A model generated the notes under the pieces. It was not told where the DNA came from. It was given only the letters and a program-made list of their open reading frames with translations, and searched no databases. A stretch of DNA of 33,657 nt from Hyphomicrobium sp. (GTDB taxonomy: Bacteria > Pseudomonadota > Alphaproteobacteria > Rhizobiales > Hyphomicrobiaceae), in NCBI GenBank assembly GCA_031380225.1, contig JANNFX010000024.1, positions 1 to 33,657 on the forward strand. Reading direction: 5' to 3'. The position numbers and the translations under genes were made by a program. This document shows positions 9,138-19,384 of the stretch, piece by piece. Positions within the stretch are counted from its first letter, which is position 1, and every line of letters begins with the position of its first letter.

Positions 9138-10442
9138 ATGCTCAATCATCGCGGATATATAGAGGGGCCGCTGATGCAATTACATAATCTCACAAAGCGC
9201 TTTATGCGCGATCAGGGTGGCTCGATCGCCATCATATCTGGCGTTGCGTTTATATGCCTGTGCATCGCATCCGCCATCGCGATCGACAGTTCGCGCGCGA
9301 TAAACGTCAATTCGAAGCTCCAGTCCGCACTTGACGCCGCAGCGCTGGCTTCCGCTAAGATCCTCGATGACGAAACCATGAACGATGCCGACGTGCGAGC
9401 CGTTGCGCTGGCGTACTTCAACGCGCATCGCGCTCAGATCACAATGAACAATCTGACGATCGGAACTTTGGCGACAGCAATTGACCGCGGCTCTTCGACT
9501 GTCAGGCTTTCTGTCAGCGCATCGTTGCAGTCTATGTTCGGTAGCCTTGCTGGCATGTCATCGACAATAGCGTTGAATCCCGAATCAGAAACCACGTACA
9601 AAAGCAAAAAAATCGAAATCAGCTTGGTGTTAGACATCACCGGATCAATGAATAGCTCCGGCAAAATTGCAGGCCTCAAAGTTGCAGCCAAAGATTTGGT
9701 TGATGTTTTGTTTGCCACCAACCCAAATCGAGGTGGTATTCGAATTTCGCTCGTACCATATTCCGCTTCGGTCAACGCTGGCAGTTACAAAGCAGCTGTT
9801 ACGGGCGGCGGAGGTTCTGATAATTGCGTCGTCGAACGGCTCGGCGTCAACCAGGCGACAGACGAGGCCGTTGCATCAGGCGGCTACCTTGGAACAAGTA
9901 CATCGGCATTAAATTCTAATTACAGTTGTCCAGTCGCGCCTATTGAGCCGCTGCTTGATCTCGCAGATAACGCTGAAAGAAATGCATTCGAGGACCGGAT
10001 TGATGGATTGAGTCCGAGTGGAGGAACTGCAGGTCACACTGGTTTAGCTTGGGGCTGGTACATGCTTTCAGACCAGTGGGCATCGCTGTGGCCATCTGCG
10101 CGCCGGCCAAAGCCCGCGTCCCCTGATATCGTAAAGGCCATCATTCTAATGACTGATGGCGAATTCAATACCAGCTACGGCAGCACTAATGTCAATTCCG
10201 TTGACCCATTGGCGGCCGAAAGTTCACCAAACCAGGCGCTGGCGCTCTGTGAAGCCATCAAGACCGGAAGTGACGGCATCAAACTCTATACCGTCGGATT
10301 CCAAGCCCCGGTAGCAGCCGAATCGATGCTCAGATCCTGCAGCGGTGACGCCAACTTCTTCGATGCCTCAAGTACCGGCGATTTGATCGCGTCTTTCCGC
10401 GAAATCGCAGAACGGCTGACCAATCTCAGGGTCACAAGCTGA
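9138..10442 (+). CDS. TadE/TadG-like pilus-assembly family protein with a C-terminal von Willebrand factor A (vWA) domain. An alternative start at 9174 is preceded by AGAGGGG.
   Basis: The N-terminal Tad-like hydrophobic segment is RDQGGSIAIISGVAFICLCIASAIAID. The vWA MIDAS motif is LVLDITGSMNSSGK. GC content is markedly lower than in the neighbouring genes, and the 150-bp upstream region is AT-rich. Confidence 0.65.
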   Translation: MLNHRGYIEGPLMQLHNLTKRFMRDQGGSIAIISGVAFICLCIASAIAIDSSRAINVNSKLQSALDAAALASAKILDDETMNDADVRAVALAYFNAHRAQITMNNLTIGTLATAIDRGSSTVRLSVSASLQSMFGSLAGMSSTIALNPESETTYKSKKIEISLVLDITGSMNSSGKIAGLKVAAKDLVDVLFATNPNRGGIRISLVPYSASVNAGSYKAAVTGGGGSDNCVVERLGVNQATDEAVASGGYLGTSTSALNSNYSCPVAPIEPLLDLADNAERNAFEDRIDGLSPSGGTAGHTGLAWGWYMLSDQWASLWPSARRPKPASPDIVKAIILMTDGEFNTSYGSTNVNSVDPLAAESSPNQALALCEAIKTGSDGIKLYTVGFQAPVAAESMLRSCSGDANFFDASSTGDLIASFREIAERLTNLRVTS

Positions 10443-10493
10443 TCAATGGCGTGAAGCCAGGATTTTGACCGCTTTTCGGTGAGCCAAAAAAGA

Positions 10494-10568
<75 letters not shown>

Positions 10569-10716
10569 AAGGGGTGATGCGGGGGTCACAAAATCGTCAC
10601 TGAAACGCGACCCCGTTCCAACGCGGCCGGACACTGCCACAAGCCCTCCGCCGGGGCAAGCGCAAGTCCAGCCTAGTCCTTGAACTCTGCCATCATGCGA
10701 CAAGCTGGCAGAAAAC

Positions 10717-13700
10717 CTAAGCTTTCCGGCAGTTTGGCGGCTTGCCTTTCATGCCGTTCGGACAGTCTTTGGCTTTGCCACCTTTCTTTTCATCCTTGAC
10801 CTTGGTGTTGGGGGCGAATGCGTTCGGCTTTTGGTTCGGCTTATCCTTGATTTTCTTTTCGGGCTCGACCTTCAGGGGCAGTGGCTTGCGCACGCCCTGC
10901 TTCTGATTCTTCTGCTTTGTGACATCGGCATCCGGTTTTGATGTCTTGCCTTTGTCCGTGTCTTCCTTCGGTGGCGCCGGCTTGCGAATGTCTTGAAGCT
11001 GCTTTTTCTCCACCTTCGAGTTGTCATCAAGCAACTTCTTCGTTGGCAAGCTGTCTTTGACAACAGGCTTATTCACTTTGGGATCGGTCTTCGGCCGGTC
11101 GGGCTTGGGGTCAAGCTTCTTGACGGGTGTGTCGTCCTCAAGCGGCGGCTTTGACTCCGTCTTCGGTGGCTCGTCCGTCTTATCGGTTTTTGGCTTTCCA
11201 TCCGTCAGTGGTTTTTTTAAGTCGATCATGCTGCACTTCGGATAGACGCCCTCGTAGCCGCTCGGGCACTGCTTGACTTCCGGACGGTCATTGGGCCGAA
11301 GCGTTGGCACGTCCATTGTTTTGCAGTTTGGCGGAGTGCCCACAAAGCCCTTCGGACATGTTCGCCCTTCGGGACGCTCAGGCTGTTTGTCACGCTCCGG
11401 CACGCAAAGACCATCGATGCCGGCATATCCTTCGCGGCAACTGCATGAGCCATCCCGCGCCATGACTTCGTTCGGCCCGCAGCGCTCCGGTTGACGCTGT
11501 TCAACACAGTCGCCATCAACTTCGCGGTAGCCTTGCTTACATTCGCAACGTCCGTTCGCATTCAGATACTGACGAGACGAGCACACCTCACGGACCGGCC
11601 CTTCATGCGGCACGCATTTCTGGCGATCTGGATCGAAGTCCATACTTGGTGGGCAATCGAAGATCTTTTCGCATTGTCCGCTACCGCTGCGCTCGTAGCC
11701 TTCGCTGCAGACGCAGCGGCCACTGGACGTGCGGTACTCATGTGGGCCCGGCTGGCATTGTGGCTGTTCGTGCCGGACGCATTTTCCAAGCCGTTCGTCG
11801 TAGTCCATGCTTGGCGGGCAATCGATGACCTCCTGGCAACGGCCGTTATTATCGCGCTCGTAGCCTTCTTTGCAGATGCAGTTGCCTTTCGAAGTCCGGT
11901 ATTCGCCCGGGCCTGGCTGGCACTTCGGGTCCTCGCGTTCGCCAACACACTCACCGCGGACGCGTTCATAGCCCTCTTTGCAGACGCAGCGGCCATTCGG
12001 CGTTCGATAGCCGTGCGGGCCTGGATCGCACCGGTCATTGTCGTCAGTCGTCGTTGGACGTTCCGGAGTTGAAGGCCGCGGAACGATCGGCAGCGGTTTG
12101 GCGTCATCGTCGTCCTTACCCGTTACACAGCCGCTGCCAGACGAGCCTGGCACATATCCGGACTTACAAACGCATTGCCCAGCAGCGGTGCGGTACTCGT
12201 TCGGGCCTGGTTCACAGGCGGTGTTGCAAACGTGGCGCTCCTGGTCCCAGGTTTGACCGTTCGGGCACGGGCAATTGCCGTTCTGCGGGATAGGATAGCC
12301 GTCTGGGCACTTGTCCGAGACTGGATCGGGCTTTACCGGTGTTGCGTCGGCGATACAGCGCTGTGCACGGTCGCGGGTGCGGCCTTGCTCGCAAACGCAG
12401 GCACCGCTTGCACTGGCGAACTCGCCTTCAACTGGCGACACGCAGGCTGGTTTTTCGAGACACTTCGGCGACGGGATCGCCGCCGTGGCCGTATCGCTAT
12501 CATCGCCAGCCAATCGATTGAAGCGCGTGCCGGCGGGCGGGAATGTCATTGTCGCGCGATTGGGGGCCGAGCACTGGCCATTGTCTGGCACAGTTGCTTT
12601 GACAGCAATTTCGAGCGACGCGCCCTTGGCCAATGTCAGCGGCGGTTGTGAACACTGGGCGGATGACGCTCCGTTTGTGCAGTTCCAGCCTGAGCCGTTT
12701 GCGATAACCGACGTGGCACCCGGAGTGTCATCAACCAGGTTGACCGGGCCCTTGTAGGGGTCTGGCCCCATGTTGGTGATCGTGACCTTGTACGAGCACT
12801 CATAGCCGCCGCCGGCTTTGACGCAATCGCCTGTCGCGGCCTTGGTCGTCTTGAGATTGGTCGGATCGCAAATCACAGTTGTGAGACCAGTGACTGGGTC
12901 GAAGAATTCCAACAACGCTGAATCTGCGGTAGCATTAGCCGTATCATCGGTTGCGTTGAAATTCTGAGGCGCACCCAGGGGCGATGCGATCGTAATTTTG
13001 TTCGGCGTGAAACATGCTGCAGCATCGACATCAACTGCCGGTGTATCGACGACGACGTTGAACGTTTGCGATTGTCCGGGATTGAGCGCGATTGCAGCCG
13101 GCGATGTGCACGTCGATGCCCCAGCAACGCTTGGGGTACAGGCCAGTGCAGGGTCCGTACTGATCAACGAGCCGGTTGGCGAGGTGGTTTCATTGAGCGC
13201 GATGACACTACTAAAGGGCGAAGGGCCATTATTTTTGACTGATATCGCAAAACCGCAGCGGACGAGATTGGCACCGTTCTTGGCACACGGTCCGGCGGTC
13301 TTGCTGATCGCAAGATTCGAGAGCGGCGGCGGATTGCCAACTTTGACCCAAGCACAAGCGCCACTATCCGCTATTGCGCCTGGCGGCGGCGATGCCGGCG
13401 ACGTGATCACGAAACAATTTTGCGCCCAGAAGTTGCCGGGCGGCATGGTCATTGTGACATTGAACGCTTTTGAAGCCCCAGCAGCCAATGACAGCGGCAT
13501 GTTACACTGGATAGGCAGCGCTGCGGGATCTCCGCCTGTGCACCCGAATGATGGACTAACTCCCGTGATGGGTGCAGGCGCTGGCGCAACACCGTTGATC
13601 AGCATGGCGTCGCTCAACAGAACTTGGCCGCTAAACGGCAACGCGCCGTTATTGGTGACGGAAAGTTTGAAACTACAATTGCCACCGGGCGCGCACGAAG

Positions 13701-15765
13701 CTGGACCGGACTTAGAGATCTTCAATCCACCAGGTTGGCCGTCGCCGGTTTTGAAGCAAGATTGCCCGTGATAGGGCGCATCAAGGGTCGCGCAATTGAT
13801 GAAGCCTTCACTGCCTGCTCCGAATCCAGGATCGGTATTGATCATCGCCGTCACGGTTCGCGACTTACCCGGCAGTAATGATTCTGGCGGCAACAAACAC
13901 GTAAATGAGCCTGACGGCACCGGCGAACAAACGAAGTCAGCGCCGTCCGTTGTCCAACTTGTAATCAGCAGTGGCGTGTTTACGCCAGGACCAGACAAAG
14001 TGCTGCCGGCATCAGTGAACACAATCGGCGATTGAGGTTCGATGCCAACGTTCGTGATCGTGATTTCGCACCGCGTCTCGATGCCTATAATCGCCGGTCC
14101 GCAAACTTTATCGATATAGATCCCTGGCTTGGTGCGTTTGGTACCCGGCACATAGGGCGCAACGTTTGGCCGCTTGGTTTCAGCAACTGATCTATCGCAC
14201 TCGGTCAAGATCGCGATTGCACCGATATGGGCGTGAACCTGTGGATCTTCGAACTTCCCGTCTTTGTCGGTGAACCACACGTCGCTTGGCGCTGACAGTT
14301 CAGCTTCGCGCGATTGAGCGAGGTCACCACTCAACACGGCAGCGCCTGATCGGGCAGCTGGTACAGCCGGCTTTTGCAGCATCGATTTGTCGTTGCCCTG
14401 CAGACCGTTCAAAATACTGGGACCGCTCTCGCCAGCGCGCAATTGTTCGCCAGTGGTCCAAAGAGTCTGACGGCATTGGCCGTAGTCGATGTTGCCTTGC
14501 TTGTCGTAGCCATAGTTGAGCGCGACGCCGCCGTTCGTGGCCCGATAGACCGGCGCTAAGCCAATTGCGACGTCATCGCGGTCTGGGCTCCAAGACTTGC
14601 TGGAGGACTCAAATTTATACCGCGACACAACAGAGGTCTGCGGCCGCGCGAATGTCGAATAGTCGTAACTGCCAGTGCTTTCACCACGCTGCGATAGGAA
14701 AAGGATATCTGGTCCATCAAATGCGAGACCGGTGACAGGATTGCCATTCGGCGTCCCTGAGACATCGATATCGAGCCGCGCATCGTCGGCAAAACTGCCG
14801 TCTACATTGAGCCCAACCGACCAGATGCCAGGTCCATCTACGACCGAATAATAGAGGCGGCCGTTTTCGACCGCGACTGCAATGACCCGGCGCTTGGAGT
14901 TGGTGTAACCCCAGGTTTGCGGATCTTCGATATTGAACGCCGGATTGCGGATATCCATGCGCTTGGCGTCGTCGACAACCGCGGCCAATGACACCTTCGT
15001 GCGGCCGGCGATGCCGTGGTCATATATTTCGAGTTCGCGCCCATTTTTGTCGAGGCGGTGGATCATGCCGGATTCTAGATTGGTGGCGTATAGCGACCCG
15101 GACAGCCCATCGAACGCCAAGCCACCAATGCCGGGCCCGGCATTTTCTAGGTCGCTACTGATCACATTCGAAAATAGCGAAATGGCGCCGGTGGCGCCGT
15201 CAATCTTCCAAATTGAACCCGGTCCACCGCCTTGATCTAAGCCGAACTGCCCGGCCATCCATTCGGCCCGTGGCGCGCCGCGGACGAGCCGCTTCGGCGT
15301 GCCGTCAGGGCCTGGCTCGATAATTTGCAGGCCAAACAACGAGGTTGCACCGACGAAAATATTCGGACCAGCAGCGCCGACGGGAGCATCGGTCGTAACC
15401 GCAAAAACGTGCCCAATTTGAGAGGCATAGGCTTCAAAGCGAACCGGCGCTGTGGCGAGCTGGCCGGTTGGCGGTCCACCAAGTTTCGACAAATCGAAGA
15501 CTTGCAGCGTCGGCTTTTTGACATCGATAAAGGTTACATCGAGTGGATGCATGCCTTTGGGCGGGTTCGAAGGCGCCGAGGCGCCCGCGAACGATGTCAC
15601 AGCGGCGTCGCCCTTGCGAATGACGGGCGTTTCCTGTGGTCCGGCGCTGACGCTTCCGGCTGCAGCCACAACGGCCACTGCTGCTGCAGCGAGCCTACTC
15701 CTGAAGCGGGAAACACCGTCGCCAGCGCACCATCGTCTGGCGACTTCAATCAAAGACCGGATCAT
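10717..15765 (-). CDS. Giant secreted multidomain protein of about 1,682 aa (1,705 aa if the GTG at 15834 is used). It comprises a signal peptide, a beta-propeller-like region, a long series of DUF11-like Ig-fold repeats, at least 6 tandem Cys-rich EGF-like modules (CxPGPxEYRTxxGxCxCKEGYER) and a roughly 165-aa Lys/Pro/Asp-rich basic tail ending in CPxGxKGxPPNC motifs.
   Basis: It is a single uninterrupted ORF. The N-terminus MIRSLIEVARRWCAGDGVSRFRSRLAAAAVAVVAAAGSVSA-GP looks like a Sec signal. The protein shows repetitive module structure with nucleotide-level periodicity. The call is putative adhesin or surface protein, and no close family is recognised. Confidence 0.7.
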   Translation of the reverse strand: MIRSLIEVARRWCAGDGVSRFRSRLAAAAVAVVAAAGSVSAGPQETPVIRKGDAAVTSFAGASAPSNPPKGMHPLDVTFIDVKKPTLQVFDLSKLGGPPTGQLATAPVRFEAYASQIGHVFAVTTDAPVGAAGPNIFVGATSLFGLQIIEPGPDGTPKRLVRGAPRAEWMAGQFGLDQGGGPGSIWKIDGATGAISLFSNVISSDLENAGPGIGGLAFDGLSGSLYATNLESGMIHRLDKNGRELEIYDHGIAGRTKVSLAAVVDDAKRMDIRNPAFNIEDPQTWGYTNSKRRVIAVAVENGRLYYSVVDGPGIWSVGLNVDGSFADDARLDIDVSGTPNGNPVTGLAFDGPDILFLSQRGESTGSYDYSTFARPQTSVVSRYKFESSSKSWSPDRDDVAIGLAPVYRATNGGVALNYGYDKQGNIDYGQCRQTLWTTGEQLRAGESGPSILNGLQGNDKSMLQKPAVPAARSGAAVLSGDLAQSREAELSAPSDVWFTDKDGKFEDPQVHAHIGAIAILTECDRSVAETKRPNVAPYVPGTKRTKPGIYIDKVCGPAIIGIETRCEITITNVGIEPQSPIVFTDAGSTLSGPGVNTPLLITSWTTDGADFVCSPVPSGSFTCLLPPESLLPGKSRTVTAMINTDPGFGAGSEGFINCATLDAPYHGQSCFKTGDGQPGGLKISKSGPASCAPGGNCSFKLSVTNNGALPFSGQVLLSDAMLINGVAPAPAPITGVSPSFGCTGGDPAALPIQCNMPLSLAAGASKAFNVTMTMPPGNFWAQNCFVITSPASPPPGAIADSGACAWVKVGNPPPLSNLAISKTAGPCAKNGANLVRCGFAISVKNNGPSPFSSVIALNETTSPTGSLISTDPALACTPSVAGASTCTSPAAIALNPGQSQTFNVVVDTPAVDVDAAACFTPNKITIASPLGAPQNFNATDDTANATADSALLEFFDPVTGLTTVICDPTNLKTTKAATGDCVKAGGGYECSYKVTITNMGPDPYKGPVNLVDDTPGATSVIANGSGWNCTNGASSAQCSQPPLTLAKGASLEIAVKATVPDNGQCSAPNRATMTFPPAGTRFNRLAGDDSDTATAAIPSPKCLEKPACVSPVEGEFASASGACVCEQGRTRDRAQRCIADATPVKPDPVSDKCPDGYPIPQNGNCPCPNGQTWDQERHVCNTACEPGPNEYRTAAGQCVCKSGYVPGSSGSGCVTGKDDDDAKPLPIVPRPSTPERPTTTDDNDRCDPGPHGYRTPNGRCVCKEGYERVRGECVGEREDPKCQPGPGEYRTSKGNCICKEGYERDNNGRCQEVIDCPPSMDYDERLGKCVRHEQPQCQPGPHEYRTSSGRCVCSEGYERSGSGQCEKIFDCPPSMDFDPDRQKCVPHEGPVREVCSSRQYLNANGRCECKQGYREVDGDCVEQRQPERCGPNEVMARDGSCSCREGYAGIDGLCVPERDKQPERPEGRTCPKGFVGTPPNCKTMDVPTLRPNDRPEVKQCPSGYEGVYPKCSMIDLKKPLTDGKPKTDKTDEPPKTESKPPLEDDTPVKKLDPKPDRPKTDPKVNKPVVKDSLPTKKLLDDNSKVEKKQLQDIRKPAPPKEDTDKGKTSKPDADVTKQKNQKQGVRKPLPLKVEPEKKIKDKPNQKPNAFAPNTKVKDEKKGGKAKDCPNGMKGKPPNCRKA

Positions 15766-16133
15766 GGCGTGGTCCCGCGTGTTGGAGAATATTCTTGAAT
15801 AGCTGGCAGAGTCGCGACTTGAGAACTCGCGCACTTAAGTCTATCGCCTCGCTGGCACGAACTCTGTTCCTGGCGGAACTGACTGCGGCAAGCGTTTGTG
15901 GGTCATTGGTGCTGGGCACCCTGCAAGGGCCTTGCACCGTTGGCTCGCCCACAATTTGCAACCGCTGTTCAAACCCGGACATTCGAGTTAGCCTCGAAAT
16001 GAAATAAGACCTTCGTATTCAGCACGGGGATATCCGATTGTCATCATAGTTTCTGACCCGGCGATGACGTTCAGCTGAAAGATTTTTTTGAGGCCGCTAG
16101 TTTGAACTGGCTGCAATTGAAAGCCATTGATCG

Positions 16134-16346
16134 ATGACAAACGGAGACGAAACTTCAAATCCTTCGCACAGTGCAATCATGAAAGCTGCTCGTGAAGCCC
16201 GATTGGCTCAAGAGCTGCGCGCCAACTTGATGAAGCGAAAGGCGCTCAAACGGTCCCGAACTCCCGTCACGGACGGCGAGACCGAGACCGCCGAAGAGCA
16301 AGACGACACAGTCATCAGCCCGGATCCTGAGCCGTCCACGGCTTAA
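16134..16346 (+). CDS. Small hypothetical protein with a basic N-half and an acidic C-half, located upstream of murA.
   Basis: The 70-aa ORF has no convincing SD sequence and its composition resembles small conserved alphaproteobacterial proteins. Support is weak. Confidence 0.3.
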   Translation: MTNGDETSNPSHSAIMKAAREARLAQELRANLMKRKALKRSRTPVTDGETETAEEQDDTVISPDPEPSTA

Positions 16347-16520
16347 AATATGGCCTTACCCACTACTTTCCGCGGCGTTCTGGCATGATCGCGGCATCCG
16401 GGAGCCTTGCTCTTTCGGCGCTCGTCCGGCAAATCCTCCAACCAAGGTGGAACACCCATCGTCGTTGCATTGTCCGGCCAGACGCCGGTCCCAGCCCGTC
16501 ACTTGAAATCGAGAGCCTAA

Positions 16521-17810
16521 ATGGATCGCATCAAAGTCACTGGCGGCGCGCCGCTCAAAGGCTCCATCCCGATTTCGGGTGCCAAGAATGCGGCCCTGCC
16601 ACTCATCATCGCCGCTCTTTTGACCGATGACCGGCTGACGCTCAAAAACGTGCCAAATCTCGCTGACGTTAATTTGCTGGTCCGCATTATGCGCAACCAC
16701 GGCGTCGACCTGGCGGTCGATGGCAAGCGCCCTGGCGTTCCCCATCAGGGCGAGACGTTCCATCTGACCGCGCGCGAGATTACCGATACGGTTGCGCCCT
16801 ATGAAATGGTGTCGCGGATGCGCGCCAGCTTTTGGGTATTGGGCCCAATCCTGGCCCGCATGCGGCAAGCAAAGGTATCGCTTCCCGGAGGTTGCGCCAT
16901 CGGCACCCGCCCCGTCGATTGGCATTTGATGGGCCTCAAGGCGCTTGGTGCCGAGATTGATATCGATGCCGGCTACGTCGTCGCCAAGGCACCCAAGGGC
17001 CTACATGGCGCCCGCATCATTTTCCCCAAAGCGTCCGTTGGTGCCACTCATAACGTGTTGCTGGCCGCCGCTTTGGCCAAAGGCGAGACTCTCATTGAGA
17101 ATGCCGCGCGCGAGCCTGAAATCGGTGACGTCGCCCATTGCCTCGTTAAAATGGGCGTTCTAATCGATGGCATCGGCACCTCGACGTTACGCATCCAGGG
17201 CCGCGAGCGGCTCGAGGGCGCCGTTCATACCGTGCTGCCCGACCGGATTGAAACCGGCACCTTCGCTATGCTGGTCGCTGCGACAGGCGGTGATGTCACA
17301 CTGGAAGGCACGCGCTACGAGCTCCTAGACCAAGCCCTGATCGAACTCGAAAAGACCGGCGCTAAGATTACGCCGACCGAAACCGGCATTCGCATTGTCC
17401 GCAATGGTGGCGCCATTGAGCCCGTATCCGTCGAGACCCAGCCGTTCCCGGGCTTTCCGACCGACCTGCAAGCTCAGTTCATGGCGCTCATGACGCGGGC
17501 AAGTGGCACATCTGTCATTCGCGAAACAATTTTCGAGAACCGTTTCATGCATGTGCAGGAGCTGGCTCGCCTCGGCGCCGATATCCATCTGCATGGCGAC
17601 TCGGCGACCATCAAGGGCGTCAAGACTCTGCGCGGCGCGCCGGTGATGGCGACAGATTTGCGCGCGTCGGTCTCGCTCGTTATCGCCGGCATGATGGCCG
17701 AGGGCGAAACCATCATCAACCGCGTCTACCACCTCGACCGCGGCTTCGAGCGGTTGGAAGAGAAGCTGTCGCGCTGCGGCGCCCAAATCGAGCGGATCAG
17801 CGGGCATTGA
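16521..17810 (+). CDS. murA: UDP-N-acetylglucosamine 1-carboxyvinyltransferase.
   Basis: The 429-aa protein has the N-terminus [27 protein letters not shown]…, the catalytic Cys region …[13 protein letters not shown]… and the typical MurA length. Confidence 0.9.
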   Translation: MDRIKVTGGAPLKGSIPISGAKNAALPLIIAALLTDDRLTLKNVPNLADVNLLVRIMRNHGVDLAVDGKRPGVPHQGETFHLTAREITDTVAPYEMVSRMRASFWVLGPILARMRQAKVSLPGGCAIGTRPVDWHLMGLKALGAEIDIDAGYVVAKAPKGLHGARIIFPKASVGATHNVLLAAALAKGETLIENAAREPEIGDVAHCLVKMGVLIDGIGTSTLRIQGRERLEGAVHTVLPDRIETGTFAMLVAATGGDVTLEGTRYELLDQALIELEKTGAKITPTETGIRIVRNGGAIEPVSVETQPFPGFPTDLQAQFMALMTRASGTSVIRETIFENRFMHVQELARLGADIHLHGDSATIKGVKTLRGAPVMATDLRASVSLVIAGMMAEGETIINRVYHLDRGFERLEEKLSRCGAQIERISGH

Positions 17811-17816
17811 TTGAGG

Positions 17817-17960
17817 TCGCGTAGGTTGGGTTAGCGCGGCCACAAAACGTAAATTATTGGCTCTGGCATCGAACCGCGCGTAACCCAACGCTTTCGCGAG
17901 CCGATGGAAAATGTTGGGTTACGGCCGCAAGTGCAGGGCGGCTTAACCCAACCTACGGAC
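17817..17960. repeat. RIME/REP-like intergenic mosaic element. It consists of two adjacent hairpins built from GTTGGGTTA / TAACCCAAC cores plus outer GTAGG/CCTAC arms.
   Basis: Arm A is cgtaggttgggttagcgcgg (17819-17838) and arm B is ccgcgcgtaacccaac (17876-17892). Arm C is gttgggttacggccgc (17914-17929) and arm D is gcggcttaacccaacctacgg (17938-17959). Confidence 0.5.
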
Positions 17961-18049
17961 CCCGCCCTCATCGAATTTCTTGATCTTGAAACGCGTCTGC
18001 CCTATGCGCGTGGCTCAGTTTCGTCTCTCGACCCATAGGAGCCACGACT

Positions 18050-19276
18050 TTGGACAGCGTCTTGATCATCGGTGCGGGAGCCGCCGGCTCCGTTACCGCC
18101 CAAAAGTGCGCGATGAACCGCGATGTGTTCAAGAAAATTCACCTTGCCTCGCGCCGGATTGAGAGCTGCGAAAAGGTCAAGAAACAGTGCAAAGGCAAAA
18201 TCGACATTTCGCAGGTCGATGCCGACAATGTAGCTGAGACGGTGGCGCTGATCAAACGCGTCAAGCCAGACCTATTGATCAACATGGCGCTGCCATATCA
18301 AGACTTGGCTCTGATGGATGCCTGCCTAGAAACTGGCGTGCACTACATGGACACGGCGAACTACGAGCCGCGCGACGTCGCCAAGTTCACCTACAAATGG
18401 CAGTGGCCGTATCACCCCAAATATAAGAAGGCCGGCATCATGGCCATCCTCGGCTGCGGCTTCGATCCCGGCCAATCGAACATCTATTGCGCCTATGCGC
18501 AGGAATTTCTGTTCGACGAAATCGAGCAGATCGACATCGTAGACTGCAACGACGGCAGCCATGGCAAAGCATTTGCCACCAACTTCAATCCTGAGATCAA
18601 TTTGCGCGAAGTCACTCAGCGCGGCAAATATTGGAAAGACGGCAAGTGGATTGAAATCGATCCGCTATCGATCTCCTGCATGGTCGATTACCCGGAAGTC
18701 GGGCCTCGTAAGTCGTATCTGATTTATCACGAGGAAGAAGAGAGCCTGGTCAAGAACATCAAGGGGCTGAAACAAATACGCTTCTGGATGACGTTCTCGG
18801 ACAACTACATCAAGCATCTCGACGTGCTGCAGAACGTTGGCATGACACGCATCGATCCGGTGATGTACAAGGGCAACCCGGTCATCCCGATGGAGTTCTT
18901 GAAAGAACTGCTCCCCGCCCCGTCATCGCTTGGCAAGAACTACACCGGCCGCACGTCGATTGGCTGCATCTTCCGTGGCACCAAGAACGGCAAGAAGAAA
19001 ATCGCGATGATCTATAACGTCTGCGATCACGCCCATTGCTACAAGGAAACGCAAGCACAAGCGGTGTCGTACACCACCGGCGTGCCGCCCGTCGTCGGCG
19101 CCATAATGCTATTCAAAGGCCACTGGGGAACGGGCGCGCAAAAGGCGGGCGTCTACAACGTCGAGCAATTGCCGTCAAAGCCGTTCATGGACGAAATCGG
19201 CAAACAAGGACTGCCGTGGGTGATGAAGGAATTGAGGGTCGCGGATCAAAAGGATTTGTTTGCGGTGAAGTCGTGA
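18050..19276 (+). CDS. Carboxynorspermidine/carboxyspermidine dehydrogenase-like protein (saccharopine dehydrogenase family).
   Basis: The 408-aa protein has the N-terminal Rossmann motif LIIGAGAAGSV. It also has the conserved blocks …WQWPYHP…GIMAILGCGFDPG…HGKAFATNFNPE…YWKDGKWIE…IRFWMTFSD…YTGRTSIGC…VSYTTGVPPV…, which match my recollection of Vibrio CANSDH. Confidence 0.7.
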   Translation: MDSVLIIGAGAAGSVTAQKCAMNRDVFKKIHLASRRIESCEKVKKQCKGKIDISQVDADNVAETVALIKRVKPDLLINMALPYQDLALMDACLETGVHYMDTANYEPRDVAKFTYKWQWPYHPKYKKAGIMAILGCGFDPGQSNIYCAYAQEFLFDEIEQIDIVDCNDGSHGKAFATNFNPEINLREVTQRGKYWKDGKWIEIDPLSISCMVDYPEVGPRKSYLIYHEEEESLVKNIKGLKQIRFWMTFSDNYIKHLDVLQNVGMTRIDPVMYKGNPVIPMEFLKELLPAPSSLGKNYTGRTSIGCIFRGTKNGKKKIAMIYNVCDHAHCYKETQAQAVSYTTGVPPVVGAIMLFKGHWGTGAQKAGVYNVEQLPSKPFMDEIGKQGLPWVMKELRVADQKDLFAVKS

Positions 19277-19384
19277 GGGGGGTAGTTCAAAATATTGGTT
19301 GCCGAATCGGTCGCACAATCCTCTATCTTTAATCTTTCAGCTTATGCGGTAGCAGACTACTTTAGTCCGCGATTGGAGAGGTCC

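Noticed and set aside
11021-13878. Multiple plus-strand ORFs (74-257 aa) inside the giant minus-strand gene
   Set aside because: These are antisense to a continuous 5-kb coding frame and consist of low-complexity A/G/S/V-rich translations.
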